A stretch of DNA of 46,340 nucleotides, from positions 1 through 46,340 of the forward strand of contig MEQT01000096.1 of assembly GCA_001770325.1 (NCBI GenBank). The letters run 5' to 3'. Positions within the stretch are counted from its first letter, which is position 1, and every line of letters starts with the position of its first letter. This document shows positions 19,033 to 28,849 of this stretch, in pieces. Position numbers and translations under genes: made by a program. The stretch comes from Betaproteobacteria bacterium RIFCSPLOWO2_02_64_14. Lineage in GTDB: Bacteria > Pseudomonadota > Gammaproteobacteria > Burkholderiales > SG8-41. The notes under the pieces were generated by a model. The model did no database searches and was not told the origin of the DNA. It worked only from the letters and a program-made list of their open reading frames with translations.

Positions 19033-19066
19033 CTTCCGCTGTTGAGCCGGCGGATCGACCTGACCG

Positions 19067-19336
19067 TTAAGCCTTCTTCACGTACGCCGAGCACCAGCCC
19101 TTCCCGGCCACCTGCTTACCCGGGAAGATCGGACAGTCGCCCTAGGCGTCGGCCGGTTTGCCCTGATACAACGTACAGTTCGCGCAGGTCCGTCCGGTTT
19201 GATATTTCGCGTACTTGGCCTTGTCCACCTTCGTCGCGTCATGCTTGTAGCCGAGGCTCTGTGCCTGGGTGTCCTTCTCTTCCACCGTGGCGCCCTGCGC
19301 GGCGGCATTGTCAACGCTGCCTGCGAGCCAGGCCGC
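19067..19336 (-). pseudogene. High-potential iron-sulfur protein (HiPIP) pseudogene
   Basis: Manual translation: AAWLAGSVDNAAAQGATVEEKDTQAQSLGYKHDATKVDKAKYAKYQTGRTCANCTLYQGKPADA*GDCPIFPGKQVAGKGWCSAYVKKA*. All four Cys retained; in-frame TAG at 19142-19144; no start codon or RR motif ahead of the signal remnant. Confidence 0.92.
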
Positions 19337-19849
19337 TTACGGGAGCGCCATGACGATCGGTTCCATGCCGCCGAACTCCGCTTCCGGGTGACGCTGTGCA
19401 ACTTGTTCGCGTATAGCCTGGATTCTGCCAAACGGGACGTCCACCATCATCAGCACCTTGCCGCGCGCGATGTCGGCATGGAACGCCTTGAGCTTGGAGT
19501 TGGGCACCTGGGTGCCGACCATGCTTGCTACCCAAGCGCCGAAGAACCCGCCGAGCAGCGCGGTGATCAATATCGTCACCAGCTGTAACGGGACTCCACC
19601 CGGCGGCACCAATACCACCAGCACGCCACCGAGCGTGCCGGCGACGCCGCCGACGGCAAGGCCCATTTGAGCGCCGTGCACAATGTCGGTTTTCTGCAGC
19701 ACGTTCGCCTCCGGCATATCATTGGGCAGCGTGCCGCGTTTGGCGAGAAAATGGAGGTGACGCTCTTCGATGCGCGCGAGCAGCATTTCGTCGAGCATGC
19801 TGCGCGCGCTTTGGCAGTCCGGCAGCATGAAATAGAGCCTTTCTCTCAT
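19337..19849 (-). CDS. Membrane protein, DUF1269-like
   Basis: MRERLYFMLPD...TDIVHGAQMGLAVGG Gly-rich TM hairpin...IARGKVLMMVDVP. Confidence 0.75.
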   Translation of the reverse strand: MRERLYFMLPDCQSARSMLDEMLLARIEERHLHFLAKRGTLPNDMPEANVLQKTDIVHGAQMGLAVGGVAGTLGGVLVVLVPPGGVPLQLVTILITALLGGFFGAWVASMVGTQVPNSKLKAFHADIARGKVLMMVDVPFGRIQAIREQVAQRHPEAEFGGMEPIVMALP

Positions 19850-20163
19850 TGTCGCTCCCTACTCGGTTAGGTTGGAAACGGGCCCCGACTTCAAGATTTC
19901 ACCGACAGGCGTTTAATTTAGCGCCGGAGACCGGGAAAGTCCATAAAAATCAGGACCAAAATGCCATCCGACCAGTGTTAAAATTATATCGGGAGTTGGC
20001 GTGCGTTGCGTTCGCACGGCAGCGAAGTCATGCTCGTGCCGCCACCTGACCGGCAAGCAGCGCTTGGCTTTTGCCCGCGCGTTCAGGGAATGACTGCGCA
20101 GCAGGTGATCAGAGAACCAGCTGTTGATCCGGAATAGTAAGTGACGCGCTCTTGGAGTACCGC

Positions 20164-21291
20164 ATGATGGGTAGGTGGACCAAGCGTTTGGTGGCGGCCG
20201 CAGCGTGCGCGCCGGCACTGGCAAGCGCCGACCGCTACAACTTGCAGACGCCGCAATCCATCATCGCGCATCAGATCTACGATCTGCATACACTGATTTT
20301 CGTAATCTGCTGCGTAATTTTCGTGGTGGTGTTCGGCGTGATGTTCTACGCCATCATCATGCACCGCAAGGCGGCCGGCCACAAAGCCCAGCAGTTTCAC
20401 GAGAACACCACGATCGAAATTGCGTGGACCATCGTGCCGTTCCTGATCCTGATCGGCATGGCGTATCCGGCGACCAAAACCATCATTGCGATGAAGGACA
20501 CTTCCAATCCCGACCTGACGATCAAAGCCACGGGCTATCAGTGGAAATGGGGCTACGACTACCTGCAGGAGGGCATCAGCTTCTACAGCAGCCTCGCCAC
20601 GCCGCGCGATCAGCTCGACGGCAACGCGCCCAAGGGCGTGAACTACCTGCTCGAAGTCGATAACCCGGTGGTGGTGCCGGTCGGCAAGAAAGTGCGCATC
20701 ATCACGACCGCCAACGACGTGATTCATGCCTGGTGGGTGCCAGCGCTGGGCGTCAAACAGGATGCGATCCCCGGTTTCGTGCGCGATAGCTGGTTCAAGG
20801 CCGATAAGGCCGGCACTTATCGCGGCCAGTGCGCCGAGTTATGCGGCAAGGACCACGGTTACATGCCGATTGTGGTCGAGGCGGTCGAGCCCGCGAAGTA
20901 CGAGGCTTGGGTCAAGGATCGGCAGGAAAAGATGGCCAAGGTCGCCGTCGCCGATGCGCCGGGCAAGATCTGGACGCTCGACGAGCTGAAGGCGCGCGGC
21001 GAGAAGGTGTACGCGCAGCACTGTGTCGCGTGTCATCAGCCGACCGGATTGGGCACGCCTCCGGTGTTCCCGGCGTTGTCGGGGTCGAAGGTGGTGACGG
21101 GACTGAAGGAAGTCCAGATCGACACCGTGCTCGGCGGTGTGGTGAAGGACGGCAAGCAGACCGCGATGATGCCCTTCAAGCAGCTCTCGGACGTCGAAAT
21201 CGCGGCGGTCATCACCTATACGCGCAACAGCTGGAGCAACAAGACCGGGGACGCGATCTTGCCCGACGAAGTCAAGGCTTTGCGGAAATAA
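20164..21291 (+). CDS. coxB: Cytochrome c oxidase subunit II with C-terminal mono-heme c domain
   Basis: [39 protein letters not shown]; GGAG RBS. Confidence 0.97.
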   Translation: MMGRWTKRLVAAAACAPALASADRYNLQTPQSIIAHQIYDLHTLIFVICCVIFVVVFGVMFYAIIMHRKAAGHKAQQFHENTTIEIAWTIVPFLILIGMAYPATKTIIAMKDTSNPDLTIKATGYQWKWGYDYLQEGISFYSSLATPRDQLDGNAPKGVNYLLEVDNPVVVPVGKKVRIITTANDVIHAWWVPALGVKQDAIPGFVRDSWFKADKAGTYRGQCAELCGKDHGYMPIVVEAVEPAKYEAWVKDRQEKMAKVAVADAPGKIWTLDELKARGEKVYAQHCVACHQPTGLGTPPVFPALSGSKVVTGLKEVQIDTVLGGVVKDGKQTAMMPFKQLSDVEIAAVITYTRNSWSNKTGDAILPDEVKALRK

Positions 21292-21313
21292 CGCGGGGTC
21301 CAGGAGAACGGCC

Positions 21314-22897
21314 ATGTACGCAGCTCACGCACACGATCAGGCCCACGGCGATCACGCGCACTCTCCCGGGGGGATCATGCGCTGGATCACAACCACCAAT
21401 CATAAGGACATCGGCACGCTCTATCTGTGGTTCAGCTTCACCATGCTGATGGTGGGCGGGGTGCTCGCGATAGGCATCCGCGCCGAGCTGTTCCAGCCCG
21501 GGCTGCAGTTCTGGCGCCCCGAATTCTTTAACGAGCTCACCACCATGCACGGGCTGATCATGGTGTTCGGCGCGATCATGCCGGCGTTCGTCGGCTTCGC
21601 CAACTGGCAGATCCCGATGATGATAGGCGCGCCGGACATGGCGTTCGCGCGCATGAACAACTGGAGCTTCTGGCTGCTGCCGCCGGCGGCATGCCTGCTG
21701 GTTGGATCGTTCTTCGTTCCCGGCGGCGCAACCGCCGCGGGCTGGACGTTGTATGCGCCGTTGTCGACGCAGATGGGTCCCGGCATGGATCTGGCGATTT
21801 TCGCGCTGCACATCATGGGCGCGTCCTCGATCATGGGTGCGATCAACATCATCACCACCATCCTCAACATGCGCGCGCCCGGCATGGACCTGATGAAAAT
21901 GCCGCTGTTCGTATGGACCTGGCTGATCACCGCCTACTTGCTTATCGCGGTGATGCCGGTGCTGGCGGGGGCAGTTACGATGGTGCTGACCGACCGCCAT
22001 TTCGGAACCAACTTCTTTAACGCCGCGGGCGGCGGCGACCCGGTGCTGTTCCAGCATATTTTCTGGTTTTTTGGCCATCCGGAGGTCTACATCATGATTC
22101 TGCCGGCGTTCGGCATCATCTCGCAGGTGATCCCGGCGTTCGCGCGCAAGCCGCTGTTCGGCTATGCGTCGATGGTGTATGCGCTGGCGTCGATTGCGAT
22201 CCTGTCGTTCATCGTATGGGCGCACCACATGTTCACTGTCGGCATGCCGGCGGCAGGGCAGTTGTTCTTCATGTTCGCGACCATGCTGATTGCGGTACCG
22301 ACCGGCGTCAAGGTGTTCAACTGGATCGCGACCATGTGGAAAGGTTCGATGACGTTCGAGGCGCCGATGCTGTTCGCGTGCGGCTTCATTTTCGTGTTCT
22401 CGATGGGCGGCTTTACCGGCCTGATGCTGGCGATCCCCCCGGTCGACATCCAGGTGCAGGACACTTACTACGTGGTCGCGCATTTCCACTACGTGCTGGT
22501 CGCCGGCTCGCTGTTCGCGATATTCGCCGGCGCCTATTTCTGGATCCCGAAGTGGACCGGCCACATGTACGATGAGACGCTCGGCAAATGGCATTTCTGG
22601 CTGTCGCTGATCTTCTTCAACATCACGTTTTTCCCGATGCATTTCCTGGGGCTCGCCGGCATGCCGCGCCGCATACCTGACTACGCGCTGCAATTCGCCG
22701 ACTTCAACATGGTCGCGTCGTTCGGGGGGTTCGGCTTTGGCCTGACGCAATTGATTTTCCTTGCCGCCGTGATCAAGTGCATCAGGGGCGGCGAAAAGGC
22801 GCCGGACAAGCCGTGGGAAGGCGCAGATACGCTTGAATGGACGCTGCCGTCGCCGCCGCCGTATCACAGCTTCGAGACACCGCCGGTCGTCAAGTAG
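21314..22897 (+). CDS. coxA: Cytochrome c oxidase subunit I, family A1
   Basis: [45 protein letters not shown]. Confidence 0.98.
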   Translation: MYAAHAHDQAHGDHAHSPGGIMRWITTTNHKDIGTLYLWFSFTMLMVGGVLAIGIRAELFQPGLQFWRPEFFNELTTMHGLIMVFGAIMPAFVGFANWQIPMMIGAPDMAFARMNNWSFWLLPPAACLLVGSFFVPGGATAAGWTLYAPLSTQMGPGMDLAIFALHIMGASSIMGAINIITTILNMRAPGMDLMKMPLFVWTWLITAYLLIAVMPVLAGAVTMVLTDRHFGTNFFNAAGGGDPVLFQHIFWFFGHPEVYIMILPAFGIISQVIPAFARKPLFGYASMVYALASIAILSFIVWAHHMFTVGMPAAGQLFFMFATMLIAVPTGVKVFNWIATMWKGSMTFEAPMLFACGFIFVFSMGGFTGLMLAIPPVDIQVQDTYYVVAHFHYVLVAGSLFAIFAGAYFWIPKWTGHMYDETLGKWHFWLSLIFFNITFFPMHFLGLAGMPRRIPDYALQFADFNMVASFGGFGFGLTQLIFLAAVIKCIRGGEKAPDKPWEGADTLEWTLPSPPPYHSFETPPVVK

Positions 22898-22907
22898 GCG
22901 GCACGCG

Positions 22908-23006
22908 ATGGAAATACGATCGGCCAATTTCAGGACTGCGCTGATACTCGCTGCCGTCGCGCTCGCATTTTTTCTCGGTGTAATTATCCGGCATTGGTTA
23001 TGGTGA
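22908..23006 (+). CDS. Small single-TM cytochrome oxidase-associated protein (32 aa)
   Basis: Below ORF-track cutoff: MEIRSANFRTALILAAVALAFFLGVIIRHWLW*; overlaps the cox11 start. Confidence 0.75.
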   Translation: MEIRSANFRTALILAAVALAFFLGVIIRHWLW

Positions 23007-23542
23007 ACCAGGCGCAATTGAATCTGCTGACGCTGCGTAAACTGCTGATCGTGGCCGCGGCCATGTTCGGCTTCGGCTACGCGCTGGTGCCGTTCTACCA
23101 GAAGATTTGCGAGGTCACCGGCGTCAATAACGTGATCAAGGCGGACGAGGTCGCCAACACGCAGATCGACGTGGCGCGTTTTGTCACGATCGAATTTGAT
23201 TCCAATCTGCGCAGCCACCTGCCGTGGACGTTCCGCCCGCTGCAGACGAACGTGCGCGTACACCCCGGCGAGCTGACGACGGTAAGTTATGAGATCAGGA
23301 ACAATTCCGCGCGCACGGTCACCGGCCAGGCGATTCCGAGCTACGGGCCGCAGGTTGCAGGGCGTTACTTCAGGAAGCTCGATTGCTTCTGCTTCACGCA
23401 GCAGACGCTGCAGCCGGGTGAAGTGAGGCAGATGCCGGTCGCATTCGTGGTCGACCAAGGGCTTCCCGGCGACGTGAATACGATCACGCTTTCGTATACG
23501 TTCTTCGAAGTCGAAGGCACTGCCAAGCAAGCCGGTGGATGA
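23000..23542 (+). CDS. ctaG: Cytochrome c oxidase assembly protein CtaG/Cox11
   Basis: MFGFGYALVPFY..IC, CFCF, ITLSYTFF. Confidence 0.96.
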   Translation: MVNQAQLNLLTLRKLLIVAAAMFGFGYALVPFYQKICEVTGVNNVIKADEVANTQIDVARFVTIEFDSNLRSHLPWTFRPLQTNVRVHPGELTTVSYEIRNNSARTVTGQAIPSYGPQVAGRYFRKLDCFCFTQQTLQPGEVRQMPVAFVVDQGLPGDVNTITLSYTFFEVEGTAKQAGG

Positions 23543-23751
23543 CGATGGGCGAAGCGCAGAAGCCGGGAAGAGCGACGCCGCTGCAGGTGGCGCGAGCGGT
23601 TTTCTGGTCGTTTTTCGGCGTCCGCAAACGCGCGGCATACGAAAAGGACGCGGTGTCGCTGACGCCGCTGCAAGTGATCGTCGCCGGCGTCATCGGCGCG
23701 GTTATTCTCGTCTTGAGTCTCGTGACGCTGGTGTATTTCATCACCAGCTGA
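23539..23751 (+). CDS. DUF2970-like small membrane protein
   Basis: AVFWSFFGVRKR..YEKD...TPLQVIVAG; usual cox11-cox3 position. Confidence 0.85.
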   Translation: MTMGEAQKPGRATPLQVARAVFWSFFGVRKRAAYEKDAVSLTPLQVIVAGVIGAVILVLSLVTLVYFITS

Positions 23752-23794
23752 CGACCGGGAATTTGCGATCCGAAGTTAAGAGGGAGTAAGCACC

Positions 23795-24643
23795 ATGATG
23801 AGCCAATCGGCGCGTTACTTCATTCCGGACCCATCGCGGTGGCCGATCTTCGGTTCGGTCGCGCTGCTGTGCATGGCCTCCGGCACCGCCCTGTGGATTA
23901 ACGGAGCGCCGTGGGGCAAGTTCGTGCTGATCGCGGGCCTGTGCATCCTGATTTACATGCTGTTCGGGTGGTTCGGCGCCGTTGCGCGCGAAAGCGAGGG
24001 TGGCAAGTACAACCAGCAAGTCGATACCTCGTTCCGCTGGGGCATGAGCTGGTTCATCTTTTCTGAGGCGATGTTCTTCGCCGCATTCTTCGCCGCGCTG
24101 TTCTACATGCGCGTGCTGTCGGTGCCCGATCTCGGCAGCCTCGACAGCAAAATGATCTGGCCCGAATTCACCGCGCAATGGCCGACCGCCGGTCCCGGCA
24201 TCGCCGAGAAATTCACGCCGATGGGGGCGTGGGGCATTCCGGCGCTCAACACGCTGCTGCTGCTGGCGTCAGGCGTGACCGTGACCTGGGCGCACTGGGG
24301 CCTGCTTCAGAACGACCGCTCGCAACTGAGTCTCGGCCTCATCATGACGATAGTGCTCGGCGCAGCGTTCCTGGGTTTCCAGGTCTATGAGTATGGCCAT
24401 GCCTACTTCGAGCTCAACCTCAGGCTTTCGACCGGCGCTTACGGCGCGACGTTTTTCATGCTGACTGGTTTTCACGGTTTTCACGTGACGGTCGGCACTA
24501 TCATGCTGATCGCGATCCTCGGCCGCTTTACCGCCGGTCACTTCACCGCCGACCATCATTTCGGCTTTGTGGGCGTGATCTGGTACTGGCACTTCGTCGA
24601 CTGGGTATGGCTACTGCTGTTCGTGGTGGTTTACTGGCTATAG
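23795..24643 (+). CDS. coxC: Cytochrome c oxidase subunit III
   Basis: PSRWP, WFIFSEAMFF, LTGFHGFHV, WYWHFVD. Confidence 0.96.
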   Translation: MMSQSARYFIPDPSRWPIFGSVALLCMASGTALWINGAPWGKFVLIAGLCILIYMLFGWFGAVARESEGGKYNQQVDTSFRWGMSWFIFSEAMFFAAFFAALFYMRVLSVPDLGSLDSKMIWPEFTAQWPTAGPGIAEKFTPMGAWGIPALNTLLLLASGVTVTWAHWGLLQNDRSQLSLGLIMTIVLGAAFLGFQVYEYGHAYFELNLRLSTGAYGATFFMLTGFHGFHVTVGTIMLIAILGRFTAGHFTADHHFGFVGVIWYWHFVDWVWLLLFVVVYWL

Positions 24644-24652
24644 CAACGACGG

Positions 24653-24847
24653 TCAAAGTTTTGTTGTGATGAGGCCGAAGTGGTAACCCAGCATCAGCAG
24701 CGCGAACAACGTGATCGAGAACACGACGCGCCACGTCAAGGCTTTCGCCGTGCGGGTTGACGCGCCCTTGTCCTTGACCAGGAAATAGAGCGCCGAGCCG
24801 AGGCTGGCGAAGATCAGGACGATAAACAGAATGACGACGATTTTCAT
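24653..24847 (-). CDS. Twin-transmembrane-helix small protein (DUF2909-like)
   Basis: SLGSALYFLVKD...KALTWRV; antisense between cox3 and SURF1, as is usual. Confidence 0.85.
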   Translation of the reverse strand: MKIVVILFIVLIFASLGSALYFLVKDKGASTRTAKALTWRVVFSITLFALLMLGYHFGLITTKL

Positions 24848-24915
24848 GCGCAATCCGTTGCCGTGCCGAGTGTAGCCCAGGCGCCAGCCGCTTTCCAGCC
24901 GGTATCTATCCAGCC

Positions 24916-25632
24916 ATGCTCCAATGGGAATTCAAGCCCTCGTTATGGCCGACGCTCGCCGCGGTGGCAGGCATAATGCTGACGCTCGCGCTCGGCAACT
25001 GGCAACTGGGCCGCGGGAACGAAAAATCGGCGCTGGCGGAGCGCATACTGGCGGCAAGCCGCGATGCGTTGATTGCGCTGCCGGCCGCGGAAATCAGGGC
25101 CGAAGACGTGGCCTGGCGCCGGGTCGAGGTGCGTGGGCGCTTCGAGCCGAAATACGCGGTATTCATCGACAATCGCATATTGCACGGCGCCGCCGGTTAT
25201 CACGTCTTGATGCCGCTCAGGATCGCCGACAGCGAACGCTATGTGCTGGTCAATCGCGGCTGGGTGGCGGGGAGCCATGTCCGCAGCGAGCTGCCTCAAA
25301 TAACGACCCCGGCCGAGACGGTATCGATCGCCGGACTGGCGACAGTGCCGAGCCAGCGCTATTTCGAGCTCTCGACCAAGGTGGCCGAGGGCAAGGTGTG
25401 GCAGAACCTCACGCTCGAGCGTTATCGCGCGGCGGTGCCGATTGCGATTCAGCCGGTCGTGATCCGGCAGGATAACGATCTCGGCGACGGGCTCATGCGT
25501 GTGGGGGGCGCGCCTGATCTCGGCATCGAACAGCATTACGGCTACGCGTTCCAGTGGTTCGCGCTCGCCGCCGCCATCCTGATTTATTACCTGGCAACCC
25601 ATGTCAGAAAACGCACCCGGCAAGCTCGGTAA
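24916..25632 (+). CDS. SURF1 family oxidase biogenesis protein
   Basis: LGNWQLGR, LVNRGWV, HYGYAFQWF. Confidence 0.95.
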   Translation: MLQWEFKPSLWPTLAAVAGIMLTLALGNWQLGRGNEKSALAERILAASRDALIALPAAEIRAEDVAWRRVEVRGRFEPKYAVFIDNRILHGAAGYHVLMPLRIADSERYVLVNRGWVAGSHVRSELPQITTPAETVSIAGLATVPSQRYFELSTKVAEGKVWQNLTLERYRAAVPIAIQPVVIRQDNDLGDGLMRVGGAPDLGIEQHYGYAFQWFALAAAILIYYLATHVRKRTRQAR

Positions 25633-26173
25633 TTTGTGGCTGATCGGCGTGCTGTGCGCGGCACCGGTGATTGCATCCTACGTCGCCTACTATGTCGCGC
25701 GTACCGATGCTCATACCAATTACGGCGAGCTCCTGGAAACGCGGGCGTTGCCCCCCGTGCATCTGCAACTTACCGACGGCACGGCGTTTCAGTTAAGCCG
25801 GCTCAAGGGGAAGTGGGTGTTGCTGATGGTGGACGCCGGCGGCTGCGATGATTTCTGTCAGCGCAAGCTGTTCACCCTGCGGCAGTTGCGTCTGAGCCAG
25901 GGCAAAGACATGGCGCGCATCGAGCGTGCCTGGCTGATCAGCGACGATGTCACGCCGCCGGCTGCCGCGGTGAGCGCATACCATGGCACCTGGCTGGTTC
26001 GCGCCGCCGGCAGCGATTTCCTGAAGCTGTTTCCGGCGCAGGGCGCGCTCGCGGACCACGTTTACGTCATCGATCCGCTCGGCAATCTGATGATGCGCTA
26101 TCCACGCGACTTCGATCCGCGCCGGATGATCAAGGACATTGCGCGGCTGTTGAGGCACTCGAAATGGCAGTGA
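25601..26173 (+). CDS. Membrane-anchored SCO/thioredoxin-like protein of cox clusters
   Basis: APVIASY, NYGEL, CDDFC, IDPLGNLMMRY. Confidence 0.8.
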   Translation: MSENAPGKLGNLWLIGVLCAAPVIASYVAYYVARTDAHTNYGELLETRALPPVHLQLTDGTAFQLSRLKGKWVLLMVDAGGCDDFCQRKLFTLRQLRLSQGKDMARIERAWLISDDVTPPAAAVSAYHGTWLVRAAGSDFLKLFPAQGALADHVYVIDPLGNLMMRYPRDFDPRRMIKDIARLLRHSKWQ

Positions 26174-26174
26174 C

Positions 26175-26276
26175 ACGCTGCTGCCAGTGACGGCCGCGCA
26201 CCACGGGGTGGCCGCACTTTTATTGATCGACTTGATGGTGCTAAACTTCGCACTTTCGCGCAAGCCCTCAAGATAA
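26175..26276 (+). pseudogene. ctaA: C-terminal remnant of heme A synthase (CtaA/Cox15)
   Basis: Frame reads [33 protein letters not shown], resembling the last Cox15 helix (LPxAVAHNGGAALLL...LN). It sits at the normal ctaA position and its TAA overlaps the cyoE ATG (TAATG). Confidence 0.75.
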
Positions 26277-27175
26277 TGGCCTCCAGTTTCGCTCGCTCCT
26301 ACGCCACTTCCAGCGCCTATCAGTTCTACCAACTGACCAAGCCGCGCGTGGTTTCGCTCATCGTCTTCACGGCGGTAATCGGGATGTTCCTGGCCGTCCC
26401 CGGCATGGTGCCGCCGCAGGCGCTCCTGGCGGGCACAGTCGGCATCGCGCTGGTGGCCGCCGCGGCCGCCGCGGTCAATTGCCTGGTGGAACAGAAGATC
26501 GACGCCATCATGGCGCGCACGCGCGCGCGGCCGCTGCCGAGCGGCCGGCTTACGTCGTTGCAGACCCTGATCTTCGCGGGCGCAGTCGGCGGGATGGGGC
26601 TCGCGGTTCTCTATCATTGGGTGAACGCGTTGACCATGTGGCTCACACTGGCGACTTTCGTGGGATATGCGATCATCTACACCGTTATCCTGAAGCCGAT
26701 GACGCCGCAGAACATCGTGATCGGCGGCGCATCCGGCGCCATGCCGCCGGTACTCGGCTGGGTCGCGGTGACGGGGGAAGTGACCGCTGACGCGCTGCTG
26801 CTGTTCATGATCATCTTTGCCTGGACGCCGCCGCATTTCTGGGCCCTTGCGCTTTACCGCAAGCATGAGTACGCGAAGGCCGGCGTGCCGATGTTGCCGG
26901 TCACTCACGGCGACCGCTATACGCGCCTGCACGTCCTGCTCTACACCATCATCCTGTTCTCCTGCAGCATGCTGCCGTTCGTGACCCGGATGAGCGGTCT
27001 CATTTACCTCGCGTCGGCTCTGGTCCTCGGGCTCGCGTTTCTGTATTACGCGGTGAAGATCTACACCGACTACAGCGACGCGCTGGCGCGGCGCACGTTT
27101 CGCTATTCGATCACCTATCTTGCTGCGCTCTTTGCGTCGCTCCTCGTCGACCATTACCTGCGCGTCGTGCTGTAG
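26276..27175 (+). CDS. cyoE: Heme O synthase (protoheme IX farnesyltransferase)
   Basis: [35 protein letters not shown]. Confidence 0.97.
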   Translation: MASSFARSYATSSAYQFYQLTKPRVVSLIVFTAVIGMFLAVPGMVPPQALLAGTVGIALVAAAAAAVNCLVEQKIDAIMARTRARPLPSGRLTSLQTLIFAGAVGGMGLAVLYHWVNALTMWLTLATFVGYAIIYTVILKPMTPQNIVIGGASGAMPPVLGWVAVTGEVTADALLLFMIIFAWTPPHFWALALYRKHEYAKAGVPMLPVTHGDRYTRLHVLLYTIILFSCSMLPFVTRMSGLIYLASALVLGLAFLYYAVKIYTDYSDALARRTFRYSITYLAALFASLLVDHYLRVVL

Positions 27176-27205
27176 TACGCCGGGGGCCGCATGCCAGGTG
27201 GCGCC

Positions 27206-27802
27206 ATGAGACGGCGATCGATGATTGGTTCGTGCCTGCTGGTTATCGCGATTATCGCCGGGGGCTGCGGGCAACCGGATACCCGACCTCAGTTCGAGCT
27301 GACCGACGTGACCGGCGCGAATCTAGGCAGGGAGCTCAATCTTCTGGACCACAACCGCAGGCCGCGCACGCTCGCGGATTTCCGGGGCAAGGTCGTGGTC
27401 ATTTTCTTCGGGTTCGCGCAGTGCCCCGATGTCTGTCCGACGACGCTTTCCGAACTTGCTGCCGTGGCAAGGGAACTGGGCAAGGACGCTGACCGGATGC
27501 AGGTGCTGTTCGTCACCGTCGATCCGGAACGCGATACCCCGGAGGTGCTGCGGCAGTACGTGCCGTCGTTCGACCCGCGTTTCCTGGGGCTTTACGGCGA
27601 CGCCGAGGCCACCGCGCGCGCCGCAAAGGCGTTCAAGATCTTCTACCAGAAGCAGCCGCTGAAGGACTCGACCACCTACAGCGTGGACCACTCCGCGGGA
27701 ACCTATATCCTTGATCGCGAGGGTCGCCTGAGGCTGTACGCGCGCTACGGCGCGGGGGCCGCGCTGCTGTTGCACGACATACGAATTCTTCTTGATTCCT
27801 GA
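27206..27802 (+). CDS. SCO1/SenC family lipoprotein (start uncertain)
   Basis: Lipobox-like AGGC, CPDVCP, VDPERD, VDHS. Confidence 0.93.
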   Translation: MRRRSMIGSCLLVIAIIAGGCGQPDTRPQFELTDVTGANLGRELNLLDHNRRPRTLADFRGKVVVIFFGFAQCPDVCPTTLSELAAVARELGKDADRMQVLFVTVDPERDTPEVLRQYVPSFDPRFLGLYGDAEATARAAKAFKIFYQKQPLKDSTTYSVDHSAGTYILDREGRLRLYARYGAGAALLLHDIRILLDS

Positions 27803-27877
27803 CAAGAACCGCGCGGAGCAGCCCGTGCCCGAGCCACCGTCCCCAGGCGTGTGCGCGGTGCGAGTTGTGGCGTTGGT

Positions 27878-27912
27878 ACAAGAAAAGCCCCGGGCGACAC
27901 CGGGGCTCTTGT
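27878..27912 (-). terminator. Intrinsic terminator of rpoH (possibly bidirectional)
   Basis: Stem AGCCCCGG/CCGGGGCT with 6-nt loop, followed on the minus strand by TTTCTTGT. Confidence 0.8.
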
Positions 27913-27927
27913 GAAACCGGCGAAGCT

Positions 27928-28779
27928 TCAGGCTGCTGCCGTGATGACGTTCTTCATCCGCGCCATGGCCTTGGCCTCGATCTGGCGGATACGCTCGGCG
28001 GATACGCCGAATTCGGCGGCGAGATCGTGCAGGGTCGCTTCCTTGTTTTCATTGAGCCAGCGGGCTTCAATGATCCGGCGGCTGCGTGGATCCAGCACCT
28101 CGAGCGCGTGCTGAAGGCCGTTGGCGTGCAGGCGCGCCGTTTCCTCCTGCTCGAGGAGACGGCCGGGTTCGGCGTCCTCCGCGCGCAGGTAGGCGATCGG
28201 GGCAAATGGTTCGTCTTCTCCGTCACCCATCGGCTCGAGCGCGATATCCCGGCCGCCAAGCCGGGTTTCCATCTCGACCACTTCCTCGGCCTTGACGCCG
28301 AGTTTCTTGGCAACTGCCTCCACCTCGGCGGCGCCAAGGGTACCCAGGTTTTGCTTGAGGCTACGCAAGTTGAAAAACAGCTTGCGCTGCGCCTTGGTCG
28401 TAGCGATCTTGACGATGCGCCAGTTGCGCAGGATGAATTCGTGAATCTCTGCGCGTATCCAATGCACCGCGAACGACACCAGCCGCACGCCCCGCTCCGG
28501 ATCGAAGCGCTTGACCGCCTTCATCAGACCGATGTTGCCCTCCTGGATCAGGTCCGCATGCGGCAGGCCGTAACCCAGATACCCGCGGGCAATCGCGACC
28601 ACCACCCGCAGGTGCGACACCACCAGTTCCCGCGCAGCCCCCAGATCCTCGTCGCGACGAAACCGCCGCGCCAACTCCGTCTCCCGCTCCTGGGTCAGGA
28701 TCGGAAAGCGATTGACGGTGCTGATATAGCTTTCGAGGCTGCCGGCGACGGCTGGAACCGGCAACGCTAAGCTCGTCAT
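27928..28779 (-). CDS. rpoH: RNA polymerase sigma-32 factor
   Basis: DLIQEGNIGLMKAV, RpoH box QRKLFFNLR, SAERIRQIE; GGAGG RBS. Confidence 0.98.
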   Translation of the reverse strand: MTSLALPVPAVAGSLESYISTVNRFPILTQERETELARRFRRDEDLGAARELVVSHLRVVVAIARGYLGYGLPHADLIQEGNIGLMKAVKRFDPERGVRLVSFAVHWIRAEIHEFILRNWRIVKIATTKAQRKLFFNLRSLKQNLGTLGAAEVEAVAKKLGVKAEEVVEMETRLGGRDIALEPMGDGEDEPFAPIAYLRAEDAEPGRLLEQEETARLHANGLQHALEVLDPRSRRIIEARWLNENKEATLHDLAAEFGVSAERIRQIEAKAMARMKNVITAAA

Positions 28780-28807
28780 AATCAAACCTCCTTCTTGAAG
28801 CGCCAGT

Positions 28808-28834
28808 CTAGCACTCCTGCCATGAGAGTGCCAG
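28808..28834. promoter_or_regulatory. CIRCE element (HrcA operator)
   Basis: CTAGCACTC-N9-GAGTGCCAG versus consensus TTAGCACTC-N9-GAGTGCTAA. Confidence 0.88.
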
Positions 28835-28849
28835 ACGAGCGCAAAGTTC
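28823..28849 (-). promoter_or_regulatory. Putative sigmaE promoter of rpoH
   Basis: Minus strand GAACTT-N16-TCTCA; compare E. coli rpoH P3 GAACTT-N16-TCTGA. Confidence 0.55.

Noticed and set aside
19142-19144. In-frame TAG as pyrrolysine or stop-codon recoding
   Set aside because: TAG is a normal stop for many genes here (secB, bioC, coxN, coxA, rplY), no pyl genes are seen, and the HiPIP also lacks its start.
21314-21365. His-rich CoxA N-terminus
   Set aside because: Common in betaproteobacterial subunit I and not a DNA repeat.
21272-23638. Long antisense ORFs (788 aa here; also 25793-27274, 30481-31938, 31655-32914)
   Set aside because: Shadow frames of well-supported genes in GC-rich DNA, with no recognisable motifs.
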